Virus record (IMG/VR): IMGVR_UViG_2895532408_000002
Span: 11,952-75,951 of that record
Source of the DNA: a virus
Taxonomy: Duplodnaviria > Caudoviricetes
Reading direction: 5' to 3' (one strand)
Length of the DNA: 64,000 bases
The position numbers were made by a program, and so were the translations under genes. Below the pieces are notes generated by a model that was not told the origin of the DNA, made no database searches, and saw nothing but the letters and a program-made list of their open reading frames with translations. Below are positions 8,647 through 18,358 of this stretch, piece by piece; position 1 is the stretch's first letter, and each line of letters begins with the position of its first letter.

Positions 8647-10125
8647 TTAAGCGGCTTGCATTATTGGGGTTACAAGATCAACCGTTACACCATCTTCAAC
8701 CTGTGTACGGTCATTCGATTTATTTAACAGTTTTTTAGCTACGTGAAGCTCTAGGCCACCACGATAGACAAGCAAGGTAATTCTTACGGCTTTCTCTCGA
8801 ACACCCCGAAGCGCTCTTCGATAGTTCTGGATAAACGTTGTGTCTTGCCAGTCAAAAGAGGTGAAGATCATGTGATCTACATGACCCCAGTTAAAACCGA
8901 CTCCGGCAACTTCAGGGCTACAAATCAACACATCAATTTCTCCGTGGCGGAACTTGTGGTCTATTTCCCCGCGTCGGCTCGTAATACTGCCGTTTATATA
9001 CTCCGCACGAAGACCCATTTTTTCGCATATCTTCTTATATCGTTTATGGGCCGCAACAACCGTTTCGAAGATAATTAAGGGTTCTTCGTTGAACTTGTGC
9101 GTCTCAAGGTGCTGCATGAGGTGAGCGTCTTTACCGTCAGAGTCGTTATGCTTTAAACCGTACTCTTCAGGGCATTGCATGATCTTAAAGCATCGTTGCA
9201 GTGTTACCGCTTCGTTCTCAGCTTCTAAGAAATCATCTTCCAGTTCAGTAATCCCCTTTTGCTTAATGTCATTAAACGCTTTTGCTTGAGACGGTGACAT
9301 AGTGCACATTTCGGCAACTATGATTTTCTTTTCCTTCCCGTAGGCCTGTTCATAGGTCACTCGACGACTATGCTTATCAATAAGTTCCTGTAGTCTGTCG
9401 TGGTTCTTCCACATAAAAGGCTTACCATATTCATCTAACATGGCGTGCCACATCATGAAGTTGTTGTACGTTGGGTAGTACAAGGGATTGATTAACTTTA
9501 ATCCTGGGTAGGCCGAACACAAACGACCATTAATAAACGTACCGGTCATAATCAATAAATCGCCACCTCGTTTCATGTACTGGTACATTTTGTGGGTGCG
9601 CTGGGGACCGATAAACGTATTAGGCTTTCTGTAATGTGGTTCGCCATGGGTACTAAAGCCCAAGTGCCACTCATCACCGCAAAGGTGATACGTGTCTGGG
9701 TAACGCTCTACAATCTCTTTATGATTGTTGGCGAAGGCATCGAACCCCATCATAAATACTTTGGTTTCTTTGTTCGCAAACTGCTTAGCGCGTTGAGCTG
9801 GCGTACCATCTATCACCATAATTTGGTGGGGCTCTAAATCTGACCACAACAATAGTTCGTGGTAGTTCTTTACGAGCAAAGATTTCGGCATCGTCCAAAT
9901 AACACGACCATCTTTAGAATGATGATAAACCCAGAGGCAACCCGCAGGGGTTTTACCCGTACCGGCCTCGGATAAATCCATAGAACGAGAGTTCGCCAAA
10001 GAAAAACCTAAGTGTTCGATTTGATAGGGGCGTAATGACAGTGAATCTCTTCGGTCATACACATCATTCATATCGAACCAGATTTCGTTAGCTGGCTGCT
10101 TTGGTATCTTTTGAATGTTGGTCAT
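8647..10125 (-). CDS. SF2 (SNF2-like) helicase
   Basis: LRPYQ, AGTGKT, DEWH, MTGT, AGVGFN, QNYRRALR. Confidence 0.88.
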   Translation of the reverse strand: MTNIQKIPKQPANEIWFDMNDVYDRRDSLSLRPYQIEHLGFSLANSRSMDLSEAGTGKTPAGCLWVYHHSKDGRVIWTMPKSLLVKNYHELLLWSDLEPHQIMVIDGTPAQRAKQFANKETKVFMMGFDAFANNHKEIVERYPDTYHLCGDEWHLGFSTHGEPHYRKPNTFIGPQRTHKMYQYMKRGGDLLIMTGTFINGRLCSAYPGLKLINPLYYPTYNNFMMWHAMLDEYGKPFMWKNHDRLQELIDKHSRRVTYEQAYGKEKKIIVAEMCTMSPSQAKAFNDIKQKGITELEDDFLEAENEAVTLQRCFKIMQCPEEYGLKHNDSDGKDAHLMQHLETHKFNEEPLIIFETVVAAHKRYKKICEKMGLRAEYINGSITSRRGEIDHKFRHGEIDVLICSPEVAGVGFNWGHVDHMIFTSFDWQDTTFIQNYRRALRGVREKAVRITLLVYRGGLELHVAKKLLNKSNDRTQVEDGVTVDLVTPIMQAA

Positions 10126-10429
10126 AATGGTTAGTTAATTTCATCAAATTAAGTAAATTAATCGTGGCCTGTTGACTGGCCCCTTTCTCGAGCAACGTTA
10201 CAATCTCTTGTAAATCGTTTTTTAAGTTGGGGAACACTCTCTCAATAGGAAACTCGGTCTCACGAAGTATTTCGAGTAAAAAGCTCATAGGAACTTCTTT
10301 CGTCCCAGATAAGGCCAAAGAAACTTTGGCTTGATTGCTGTTTAGCGCTTCAGCAATATCTTTCTGGTTGCGACCTTTTTCTCGTATCGCATTCTTCATC
10401 AGCGCGAGTCTTTCTGAAAATTTCAACAT
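10088..10429 (-). CDS. XRE-family HTH regulator
   Basis: NQKDIAEALNSNQAKVSLALSG. Confidence 0.8.
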   Translation of the reverse strand: MLKFSERLALMKNAIREKGRNQKDIAEALNSNQAKVSLALSGTKEVPMSFLLEILRETEFPIERVFPNLKNDLQEIVTLLEKGASQQATINLLNLMKLTNHYDQHSKDTKAAS

Positions 10430-10459
10430 GGCTATAGTGTCTCTTATCGTCAATTATTC

Positions 10460-11152
10460 TTATGCTACTTTGTCAAACGAACGGGTACCTTTGCAGTACT
10501 CGGATAATACGTAACTCCCCAAGTGCTCGAGGGGCAAGCTAATTAAATCTTGTAGTGGCATAAGTTCACTAAGTCTCGTTTCTAAGCGCTGAACGTGCTT
10601 AGGGAGCACAATAGAAGAGTCCCCACAAAAGATAACGGTTCGAGGTGACGTTCTTGCAGCCGTAGCAAGCTTCAAGACCGATTCATTATCAGTGGTCTTC
10701 AAATCAACAAACACCATTGGGTGGATGTTGCTCTTATCGATGTGTTTGATCGCGTGGTTCATGCTCACGGCGAATAAAGGCTTAACCCATGTATGCAATG
10801 GTGAGTTTAAGCGCTCTAAACACGCAAGCCATACCGCAGCATCCGGCAATTGAGCTTCGTCGAGGAAGTAAATACTTCCATTAGGGATCGGTAGCATGGC
10901 TTGAACCAAAGGGTCGGCTACAATATTGTTGAATTTGCTTAAGTGAATTTTACTTAGCTTACGTGTCGCTAAATTCACATTGATATTGTGTGAGCACTGG
11001 TTTCGCAGTTGTTTAACTGTAAGGTTTGATTTGGTGCTCAGGCCTATGAAGTTCCAGCCGTGCGGACAAGTATCTTGGTAGATATAACTAACACCATCGT
11101 CCTCGTGGATACCATAGTGCCCGAGGGGTGCGGGTTCTTTTTGCAGTTGCAT
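10460..11152 (-). CDS. Hypothetical protein
   Basis: ORF track; conserved start motif. Confidence 0.75.
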   Translation of the reverse strand: MQLQKEPAPLGHYGIHEDDGVSYIYQDTCPHGWNFIGLSTKSNLTVKQLRNQCSHNINVNLATRKLSKIHLSKFNNIVADPLVQAMLPIPNGSIYFLDEAQLPDAAVWLACLERLNSPLHTWVKPLFAVSMNHAIKHIDKSNIHPMVFVDLKTTDNESVLKLATAARTSPRTVIFCGDSSIVLPKHVQRLETRLSELMPLQDLISLPLEHLGSYVLSEYCKGTRSFDKVA

Positions 11153-11178
11153 CGTCAATTTCCTGATTGTATGAGTAA

Positions 11179-11457
11179 TTAAAAATTAGCTTTGATAATA
11201 TTTATTACCCCAGTGTTAAAGAATTCTGCCAGATTTTGTAAGTCTGTCAAAGTTATTTCTTTGGTACCTCGTCGTAAGCGACTGAAACTACTACCAGCCA
11301 TGCTTAGTTTCTTTCTCAACGCTTCCCCCTCGTCTTCAAAGGTGAAAGTCGTGTGAAAGTCTATTCGCATCCCAATGGCTTTGTGTAGCGGGGATACAAC
11401 CTCAAGTTGGAGCGAAACCGGCTCCAACTTGGGTTGGTTTTTAGTGTTTGACGACAT
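11179..11457 (-). CDS. Probable XRE-like HTH protein
   Basis: LSMAGSSFSRLRRGTKEITLTDLQNLAEFF. Confidence 0.65.
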   Translation of the reverse strand: MSSNTKNQPKLEPVSLQLEVVSPLHKAIGMRIDFHTTFTFEDEGEALRKKLSMAGSSFSRLRRGTKEITLTDLQNLAEFFNTGVINIIKANF

Positions 11458-11734
11458 TATCGAGATTCGGGACGTCTAAGCCCGTCTTCTGGTAACGCGT
11501 TAAACGGTCTTGCATGGCCTCTATCTCCTTCACCAAATTATCTGGATAAGGTTGAGATACCCCTAGGGCATCGGCCATTGTGTTAGCGGACTCAATATCT
11601 TTCAACAACAATTGAAAGTTCGCACTTGAACCCAGATTGCGAAGCTGGGACAACTCAGCTTGCACTCTCTTCAGTTTTAAGAGGTAATCCGCTCTCAGGT
11701 TTTGTGGCATGTTAGTTAGGTCCTCCAAAGTCAA
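11441..11734 (-). CDS. Hypothetical protein
   Basis: ORF track; overlaps neighbours. Confidence 0.6.
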   Translation of the reverse strand: MTLEDLTNMPQNLRADYLLKLKRVQAELSQLRNLGSSANFQLLLKDIESANTMADALGVSQPYPDNLVKEIEAMQDRLTRYQKTGLDVPNLDNVVKH

Positions 11735-12366
11735 TAAAGTGCTAGGATAGTTTTTAAATCATAGTGTCTTGCCTGAACTCTCGTTCCAGTTACCGCTTCA
11801 AAATGATTTAACGGTAAACGGTACTTCCTAGCAAAGTACTGGCAATATTCACTACGCTTGGCAAGGTACTTTTGATATAGGTCCCCTTTAATTTCTTCTG
11901 GCCTACGTACACCATAGACACTTTCAAAGTAACTATAAACGTGTGCCGGAAGATGCCAATATCTTGAGGGATAGTGAAACATAGGGTTTGCCCAGTTAAG
12001 CGTTTCACTATCCATTGTCTTTTGTTTTCCTGGGGGCCAAAGCGGGTAGGTTATCAATAAATAATCAGGATAAATTAAACACCACATCATCTTACTGACC
12101 TGAATATTTATCTTTTGCCCCTTTACATCAATAACCAGACGAGACTTTTCTAGTCCCGTCTCAAGGTTCCCCCAAGTCTTTACATGCTGGAAGTCTTCCC
12201 GCGCCAACTTAAGTTCTTCATCCCAGTCTAAATCTGGGAACTTATTTGCAACATAGGCTTTCAGCTTTTTGTAAATAAGGTGAACAAACGGCGCATCAAA
12301 AGACTTATCCCAGTAGAACAAGCTACGTTGTAATCGAAAAACATTATCACGACGTAGCTGAGCCAT
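11731..12366 (-). CDS. Hypothetical protein
   Basis: ORF track; TAATG coupling to ligase. Confidence 0.75.
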   Translation of the reverse strand: MAQLRRDNVFRLQRSLFYWDKSFDAPFVHLIYKKLKAYVANKFPDLDWDEELKLAREDFQHVKTWGNLETGLEKSRLVIDVKGQKINIQVSKMMWCLIYPDYLLITYPLWPPGKQKTMDSETLNWANPMFHYPSRYWHLPAHVYSYFESVYGVRRPEEIKGDLYQKYLAKRSEYCQYFARKYRLPLNHFEAVTGTRVQARHYDLKTILALY

Positions 12367-13541
12367 TACAGGTCCTCACGAATACGGGAATTAGTGATAT
12401 GACAGGGTTTACCTTCTTTGGTGTATCCAAATGAGAATACGGTGAGTTTCTTACCAATATTCTTATGACCGTTTACAGCATGATCGTGTTTCTCATTCGC
12501 ATCCCCAGGCGCCGTAACATCAAACGTTTTACCGTCCTCCGTTTGGCAGACATAAATACCGACCTCGGTACCTAGGCGCTTATTAGGTTTACCCTTACGG
12601 ATACCAATAATTTCAAACTCGGCGTCTTGTTCGTCTTTTCTCTTCATCAGCGATGAGCTGCGCTTATCCGTTTCGTAAGAGGCATTCCCTTGGCGAACCA
12701 TCGTGCCTTCATAGCCGTTAGAGGTCCAAGCCTCGTGGTACTTGTCAATACCAGCTTGATCCATAACTTTGTAACACGCCGTTAGACACAGGGTAGGGTA
12801 AGAGCTTTCGGTTATACGAGAGTCCAAGTAATCAAATCTATCAGCGTAAGGAAGACCAAGAACAACATCATAAATATTGTACGACAGGTATTTACTGTCT
12901 TCTTGTGGCTTCTTGATAAGACTCGAAATATTTTCAAAGGCTTTACCATGGCAGTAAAGCTCACCATCCAACGTTGTGCCATCCCAAATACCTGTATCGT
13001 AAAGGAACTGTAAGCGTTCCATGATGTGAACAACCGTAATTGGCTTACCACCTCTTGAATAAAGAAATACCTTTTCATCTTGTACGGTTGCAAGGCAGCG
13101 GTGGCCATCCATCTTAGGTTGAACAAAAACAGGGAATTCCCAATCTTTTACCTTATCAATCGGCTGGGCCAACATGGGTTTTACCAACCCAAGGGCATTT
13201 GTTACCGCGGCACCTTCTTCGGGTTGCTCTTCAACATAACCTTTATCGAGCTGTTTTTTTACTTTACTTTGTGCTTCAAAAACAGCTTGCATAAGTGGCG
13301 TGGTTTCGTTGCTGCGGCCAAGGTTCTTGCCTTCGGTGTAATCCGTTAGGGTTTCAACGCCCTTACCACCTATAACCTTGCAAGAGGTGACAAGCGTGCT
13401 GGCAGTCCCATCCGCATTAAGGGTAGTTTTGATATGCCAAGAGCCCACCTTTCCGCCCGAGTGGACTTTAAAGAGTGTTTGTTCAAAGCGAACGTCGGCA
13501 TCTAAAGGAGTGGTGCTAGAAGTATTAGCGGGAATATTCAT
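12366..13541 (-). CDS. ATP-dependent DNA ligase
   Basis: KMDGHR adenylation motif, LDGELY, GYEGTMVR, KRK; start after GGAAATTGACGAT. Confidence 0.93.
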   Translation of the reverse strand: MNIPANTSSTTPLDADVRFEQTLFKVHSGGKVGSWHIKTTLNADGTASTLVTSCKVIGGKGVETLTDYTEGKNLGRSNETTPLMQAVFEAQSKVKKQLDKGYVEEQPEEGAAVTNALGLVKPMLAQPIDKVKDWEFPVFVQPKMDGHRCLATVQDEKVFLYSRGGKPITVVHIMERLQFLYDTGIWDGTTLDGELYCHGKAFENISSLIKKPQEDSKYLSYNIYDVVLGLPYADRFDYLDSRITESSYPTLCLTACYKVMDQAGIDKYHEAWTSNGYEGTMVRQGNASYETDKRSSSLMKRKDEQDAEFEIIGIRKGKPNKRLGTEVGIYVCQTEDGKTFDVTAPGDANEKHDHAVNGHKNIGKKLTVFSFGYTKEGKPCHITNSRIREDL

Positions 13542-13586
13542 ATCGTCAATTTCCAAATTTTAAAGTTAAGCCCGTAGGCAGAGTTA

Positions 13587-13615
13587 AAACTACGCTTTCA
13601 ACTTTTGTATATCAA
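13587..13615 (-). promoter_or_regulatory. Sigma70-like promoter TTGATA-17-TAGTTT for the ligase/replication operon
   Basis: Hexamers and 17-bp spacer read from sequence. Confidence 0.55.
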
Positions 13616-13642
13616 GTCAAAAACGAAGCTACATTATAAAAA

Positions 13643-13657
13643 CACAATTAGATTGTG
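13643..13657. promoter_or_regulatory. Putative operator CACAATTAGATTGTG (CACA-N7-TGTG family)
   Basis: Dyad; related copies at 30407, 33681, 33737, 53767. Confidence 0.65.
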
Positions 13658-13772
13658 CTTTTAATATTTATTAAAAAAATCTACTTTCTTTAATTTATTT
13701 AATTGTTTAGAATTTATACGTCTTTATTTTGTAGTAAAAGATTTACACTATGGCCCTGATGGAGTATTCGCC

Positions 13773-14093
13773 GTGTCGAAAAAAATTGACGATAACTTAG
13801 AACCACCTTGGGAGCTAGAGAGGCGTCGTCTCATAGCTCGTAAATTTAAAACTATGCGTCAGAATTACCGTCTGACTCAAGAAGAACTAGCTATTGCTGC
13901 CGACGTTCACAAGAACACAATCTCAAATGCTGAACGTTACGGCAAAATTTCATCTGAAGAATTCTATAAATACCAGCAAATTGCGAAGCGTGCTCACATG
14001 AAAAAGGGTCTCGGTTCTGTTGTGAGTAAGATTACGCTATCCGACATACCATTCTCAGATTTTAAACGCTTTCTAGCGACCTTTTGGGAGTAA
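13773..14093 (+). CDS. XRE-family HTH transcriptional regulator
   Basis: RQNYRLTQEELAIAADVHKNTISNAERYG; GGAG RBS; divergent from replication operon. Confidence 0.88.
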   Translation: MSKKIDDNLEPPWELERRRLIARKFKTMRQNYRLTQEELAIAADVHKNTISNAERYGKISSEEFYKYQQIAKRAHMKKGLGSVVSKITLSDIPFSDFKRFLATFWE

Positions 14094-14095
14094 TC

Positions 14096-14854
14096 ATGTA
14101 CCGTCACTTCTTTACTCGATATGGGGGTAGATTCACACTATTCCTTACGTCTTTGCTAATTTTTACTTCTGTGTTAAACCGCTTTCTTGTTGAGGGACAG
14201 TGGGAATTGAAATCCTTATCTGACTTACTCAGTTATTACGCCGTTATGTTTTCGTGTATCATTATAGCTGGCGTAATGGTTCGTGGTTTTAACAACCGTA
14301 TTGTTTTGGCCTTGATAATCATTGCGTCTATTTCAGAGCAAATAATCTCTAGCCTAATGTTTTCTATAAGTCCCACACTGCATACGGCTATTGCTATGAC
14401 GTATGTGCCAGGGATTATCACCATGTTTTTGTATCAATATCGGGTACAGTTCCAGTTTTGGTTGGCAAACAAACTGATCCAATCTGAACGGTTTAGAAAT
14501 AAAGGATTGTACTTATTAGATAAAACCGAAGACACCAATCTAGGAACAGCGATAAACATCATTAATAAATTAGGCTGGGTCGTCTGCTTTAGTATTGCGA
14601 CGTACTATCATATCTTTACGATTCATTTTGGAATTCATGAGACTGGCCCATTACTATATGGCTATCGTCTTGTAGATATCGAGTATGCTTTACACCTACC
14701 AAGCTTCTACTTTTTGTTTAATATCGTGTTCGTTACTCAGACAATTATGCTTCTAGGTTTACTCTTCCATGCCAGTATTCAGGAGTTCTATGTTAAGGAC
14801 CTCGCTGGGTCGATACCTAAGAAACTTGAGGTACTATTTAAAAGAGCGGCTTAG
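14096..14854 (+). CDS. Polytopic inner-membrane protein (~6 TM)
   Basis: Several long hydrophobic stretches; coupled to the XRE gene. Confidence 0.8.
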   Translation: MYRHFFTRYGGRFTLFLTSLLIFTSVLNRFLVEGQWELKSLSDLLSYYAVMFSCIIIAGVMVRGFNNRIVLALIIIASISEQIISSLMFSISPTLHTAIAMTYVPGIITMFLYQYRVQFQFWLANKLIQSERFRNKGLYLLDKTEDTNLGTAINIINKLGWVVCFSIATYYHIFTIHFGIHETGPLLYGYRLVDIEYALHLPSFYFLFNIVFVTQTIMLLGLLFHASIQEFYVKDLAGSIPKKLEVLFKRAA

Positions 14855-14864
14855 CCGCTCTTTT
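14840..14864. terminator. Bidirectional intrinsic terminator AAAAGAGCGGC-TTA-GCCGCTCTTTT
   Basis: Perfect stem with A/T tracts between convergent genes. Confidence 0.85.
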
Positions 14865-14869
14865 CTTTT

Positions 14870-15022
14870 TTAGAAACCGACTGTTGGCTTCTTAGGCTTA
14901 AGCGACTTTGTTTTAGGGTTGTCCGCGGGCTTAGGCACAACTACGTTACTCTCAACATCAGCCATAGCCATTGTTGAACCCATACCAAGTACTAGCGCGA
15001 TTGCGAATCCTAATTTCTTCAT
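14870..15022 (-). CDS. 50-aa secreted peptide precursor MKKLGFAIALVLGMGSTMAMA|DVESNVVVPKPADNPKTKSLKPKKPTVGF
   Basis: Hand-translated; GGAG RBS; Sec-type signal peptide (KK, hydrophobic core, A-M-A cleavage site). Confidence 0.8.
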   Translation of the reverse strand: MKKLGFAIALVLGMGSTMAMADVESNVVVPKPADNPKTKSLKPKKPTVGF

Positions 15023-15127
15023 TGTGTTTCTCCATAAGAGGTTTAGTTGTTTTCTATGGAGTCAATTGCAATGCCTGTGCCTAAACGAAAGTCTAAGGTT
15101 TCAGGCTATAAGGAGTGATATACGAGG

Positions 15128-15158
15128 CGAAATGTTGCCATAGACCGGCAACATTTCG
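15128..15158. terminator. Hairpin CGAAATGTTGCC-ATAGACC-GGCAACATTTCG at the end of the early operon
   Basis: 12-bp perfect stem after stop at 15165; U-tract weak. Confidence 0.6.
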
Positions 15159-15164
15159 ATATCA

Positions 15165-16003
15165 CTATAGCAGTATTGGTAGTTCTGTTGCCAGTTCGCG
15201 ACGTTTCAACAGCGGGACTTGGTTTTTTATCCAAGCTTTAATTTTTTCAATTCGACTCTCCGCCCGACTTTCTTTGTGTCTAGCTACAATGGCCAAAGCC
15301 TCAGATAACGCCCAACCTTCACCGTTAGGGCCAATATACCCCCAGCAAGATTCATCAATATCGTGACCTTCAATAACGTAACCATAGGCGTCACCCTCTA
15401 GATATGCCGCATATGTTTTTACTTCGCTGTCTAAGAATTCGTAGACCTTTTGAACACGTTCTTTTGTGAATCGATTAAAACCATACTCTTTACGGGCTTT
15501 ATCTTTGCTAACGTAGATAAAACCGACTTGGCCAGAATCCCAAGAGCACGAGAAACCACCCTATTCATCGTAATACCTGAATGGTCGTATAAGTAAAGCG
15601 GCAGGATAAAGTAGTATTTCTCAAGTCTTGCTGCAATCTTCGCCTCAACCAATTCTTGGTACGACTTCGTACCTTGAGCATCCCAACTTGTTGAAGGCCA
15701 GTTATGTTCGAATCTTTCCAACATAGCTTCAAACCCTGGCTCAACGGCCTCAACCATCCCAATACGATAGTCGTCGTAGCTTACTGAAGGTTGTTCATCC
15801 CCTAAGTTATATCTCCTATGCCAGCAGACCATTGTGCCTACGTTGTCCCACTCTCGAGGGCTTTCTATATCTCCATCCCGCTCAATCTTAATAGTGATAT
15901 CTTTTATCTGTGTCTCAGACTCACCAATCAAATCAAGGGCCTCAAAAGCTATTCCCAACTTCTGGCAGTTTGTTTTCAGTTGTTTTGTTAATTCAGGGTG
16001 CAT
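15165..16003 (-). pseudogene. Hypothetical protein (LYDHSG...WDSGQVG...SCWG) broken by a 1-nt frameshift near 15560
   Basis: After YDHSGITMNR the coding continues in another frame as GGFSCSWDSGQVGFIY...LPILL to stop 15165. Confidence 0.8.
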
Positions 16004-16062
16004 CGTCAATCTCCAACAAGTTAATTACAAAGGGGGGAGAACATTCCCCCCCTTTTTAAGGT

Positions 16063-16413
16063 TTAAATTTCGGTTTCGGGTTGGGCGTCGTACCAAGCCT
16101 CAACAACACGTAAACGAATCTCTTCGGGTATTTCTACCTTGTCCGCACAACTCGTTATATATGAGTCTGGTTTCATGTTTTCAGTGAACACGAACAGAGT
16201 AGACTTTAGAGAGTTCCTAGCCCTTGACGCGGCCCCCATATCTATATCGTTATCAATAAAGACAACTTGGGGGGCTATCTCGTTACGATGAGCTTCAATG
16301 AACTCTTTAAGGCTCGGGTTTCGCAAACTCATATAACCTCTTACGCAATGGCCTATGAAGGTCGCATTGATTTCTTCAAGTATTGCTTGTTTGTCTTGGT
16401 TACTAATTTGCAT
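16063..16413 (-). CDS. Hypothetical protein
   Basis: ORF track; conserved start motif. Confidence 0.75.
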   Translation of the reverse strand: MQISNQDKQAILEEINATFIGHCVRGYMSLRNPSLKEFIEAHRNEIAPQVVFIDNDIDMGAASRARNSLKSTLFVFTENMKPDSYITSCADKVEIPEEIRLRVVEAWYDAQPETEI

Positions 16414-16615
16414 CGTCAATTTCCTTTTTTGATCGGGTTAAAAATTCGCTTAGTGTGAGTCCTCGTATATCTTCAATTTGCTTTTGCAAATTCTTAATCG
16501 CCTCACTTTTGGCTCGGTGGAAAGTGACCCGTCCATCTTCTAACGCGGTTGGCATGTAATAGCCCTGCACAATATCTTTTGCCCTCAATAGGGTACCCAG
16601 GGATTTTTTACTCAT
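16403..16615 (-). CDS. Hypothetical protein
   Basis: Start MSKKSL with ATGA overlap; C-terminus EIDD encodes the next start motif. Confidence 0.7.
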   Translation of the reverse strand: MSKKSLGTLLRAKDIVQGYYMPTALEDGRVTFHRAKSEAIKNLQKQIEDIRGLTLSEFLTRSKKEIDDAN

Positions 16616-17058
16616 TCGCTGTCCCATCCCCAATTACGCGCTTCAGGGCAAACTCGCTCGTTTGTTACTGCGCTGTCGGTATAATTACTGAACCACTCGG
16701 CTAAAGCCGTTTCATCCAGTTCGGCCAAGGTATCCCAGTTGTAGATGGTTGTGCTTTCCTGCTCAAGGTAGAAACCATTTTCTTTGATATACTCTTTGCA
16801 GTGTTCAATCCATTCGTCCCAGTCTGAAATCCAGTCCATTTCTTCGACATTAAGATACGCATTACCGAAAGGACGTCCGTTAATATCGTTGAAGGACTTT
16901 TGCCAAAACTCTTCGCTATCCCCGACGTTGCCCTCTAGTTCCGAAATTGTCTCTTTTAAAACACGAATAATCTCACTCTTCATCTTAGTCGTGTCGTCGG
17001 TGGCCTCTCCTGCGTGAGAGAGTGATAATTCAAAATCAAAATTACTAATACGGTTCAT
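16612..17058 (-). CDS. Acidic hypothetical protein
   Basis: ORF track; conserved start motif. Confidence 0.75.
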   Translation of the reverse strand: MNRISNFDFELSLSHAGEATDDTTKMKSEIIRVLKETISELEGNVGDSEEFWQKSFNDINGRPFGNAYLNVEEMDWISDWDEWIEHCKEYIKENGFYLEQESTTIYNWDTLAELDETALAEWFSNYTDSAVTNERVCPEARNWGWDSE

Positions 17059-17077
17059 CGTCAATTTCCTCAGTTAA

Positions 17078-18110
17078 TTAAATACTGCCGCAACCTTCAG
17101 AGCGGAACGCACCTACAGGCATTTCCCAGTCGTCAGGGTGGCAGAATATCGGTAAAAGATATTCGGATTGCTGGGCTTGGGCCAGCGCTGCCGAGTCCGT
17201 TATTTCTAACGGTTCGTTGAGTGCCGCTAACTCAGCAATATTTTTCTTGCTGCGGCTAATGGTTGTGTTGAATTGCTTTTCGTAATCCAACACGGTTTCA
17301 AAACGTTCACGAAAGTATTTCTTCATAGTGGCCCATATACTCCCGTGGTTATAAATACACGCTTGGCAGCTTGAGCGGTTCCAGCCTAAGCGATAGGGGA
17401 CTGGTGCGACTACACCCGCTTGTTTTAAGGTGTCCCAGACTTTTTGTTCTGACCACTCGAGAACCGGACGCCAAGCATCAACGTGTCGAGCTGTTCTTCC
17501 ATACCGAGTATCACAAGCATGAGGTTCTAGCTGATTGTACTTGGCGCGATTACTCGACTCTTCACGACGTTCCCCTGTAATCATTAGTGTGCGCTTACCC
17601 TTAAATCGGTCTTGGTTATTCAAAGCGCGTCTAGCTACGTCAATTTTGAGTGCTGAGCTACACCATCTTGTTTGGAGACTCGCGGATTGTTGAGGGAACC
17701 TTAAACGGGTAGCGGGTTTAGAACGCTTCAAATCTCTTTCCAGAACCAACAAACCGTCTGGTGTTTGCGTGAGTATCGGTTGACTGATAGTGTTTTCTTT
17801 CAGCATTTCACCTTCGAAGCCCCCCCTGCAGCCAACTAAAGTACAGCGGCAGACCCATAGAGGCACAGGCTTTCTTTGCATAGTCTGAAATAAAAGCCCA
17901 GTCCATGAGGTTAGAACCTTCACGGCCATCGACTTCATGGTGCCATATTTCTATTTTCTTTCTGTCTGCACCTTCAGCCAGGATATGAAGTAATGCGGCC
18001 CAGCTATCTTTCCCCATAGAGTGACATACGATAATGTGATCGTAGCTATCTAGGTCCACGCTTGGCGCATGAAAGTATGTATCATCTTGTAATACTAGTT
18101 TCGTTTGCAT
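17078..18110 (-). pseudogene. PAPS-reductase-family protein split by an extra G in a G7 run (17820-17826)
   Basis: PP-loop HSMGKDS in the N-half; RWCSSALK, GERREESSNR, PYRLGWNRSSCQAC in the C-half; G6 restores QGGFEGEML. Confidence 0.85.
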
Positions 18111-18164
18111 CGTCAATTTCCAACAAGTTAATTAAAAAGGGGGGAGAACATTCCCCCCTAAGAT

Positions 18165-18356
18165 TTAGACCAATATCCAGTGGCCTTTAAGTTTGTCTCC
18201 TTCAGATACCGCATCCAGAAACCCTTCGGTTTGATTATCTTCTAGGGCTTTAGAAATCTTGGGTAATACTTCTGCCGTCAACTTCCGGTCTAGGTTTGGG
18301 TTTACTTTACCTTTGGCCTTATACATATACCGCCACTCAACTTTTAAGATAGCCAT
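18165..18356 (-). CDS. Hypothetical protein
   Basis: ORF track. Confidence 0.6.
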   Translation of the reverse strand: MAILKVEWRYMYKAKGKVNPNLDRKLTAEVLPKISKALEDNQTEGFLDAVSEGDKLKGHWILV

Positions 18357-18358
18357 GA

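Noticed and set aside
13643-13657. CACA/TGTG dyads as CRP sites
   Set aside because: CRP is TGTGA-N6-TCACA; these have the opposite half-site order and different spacing
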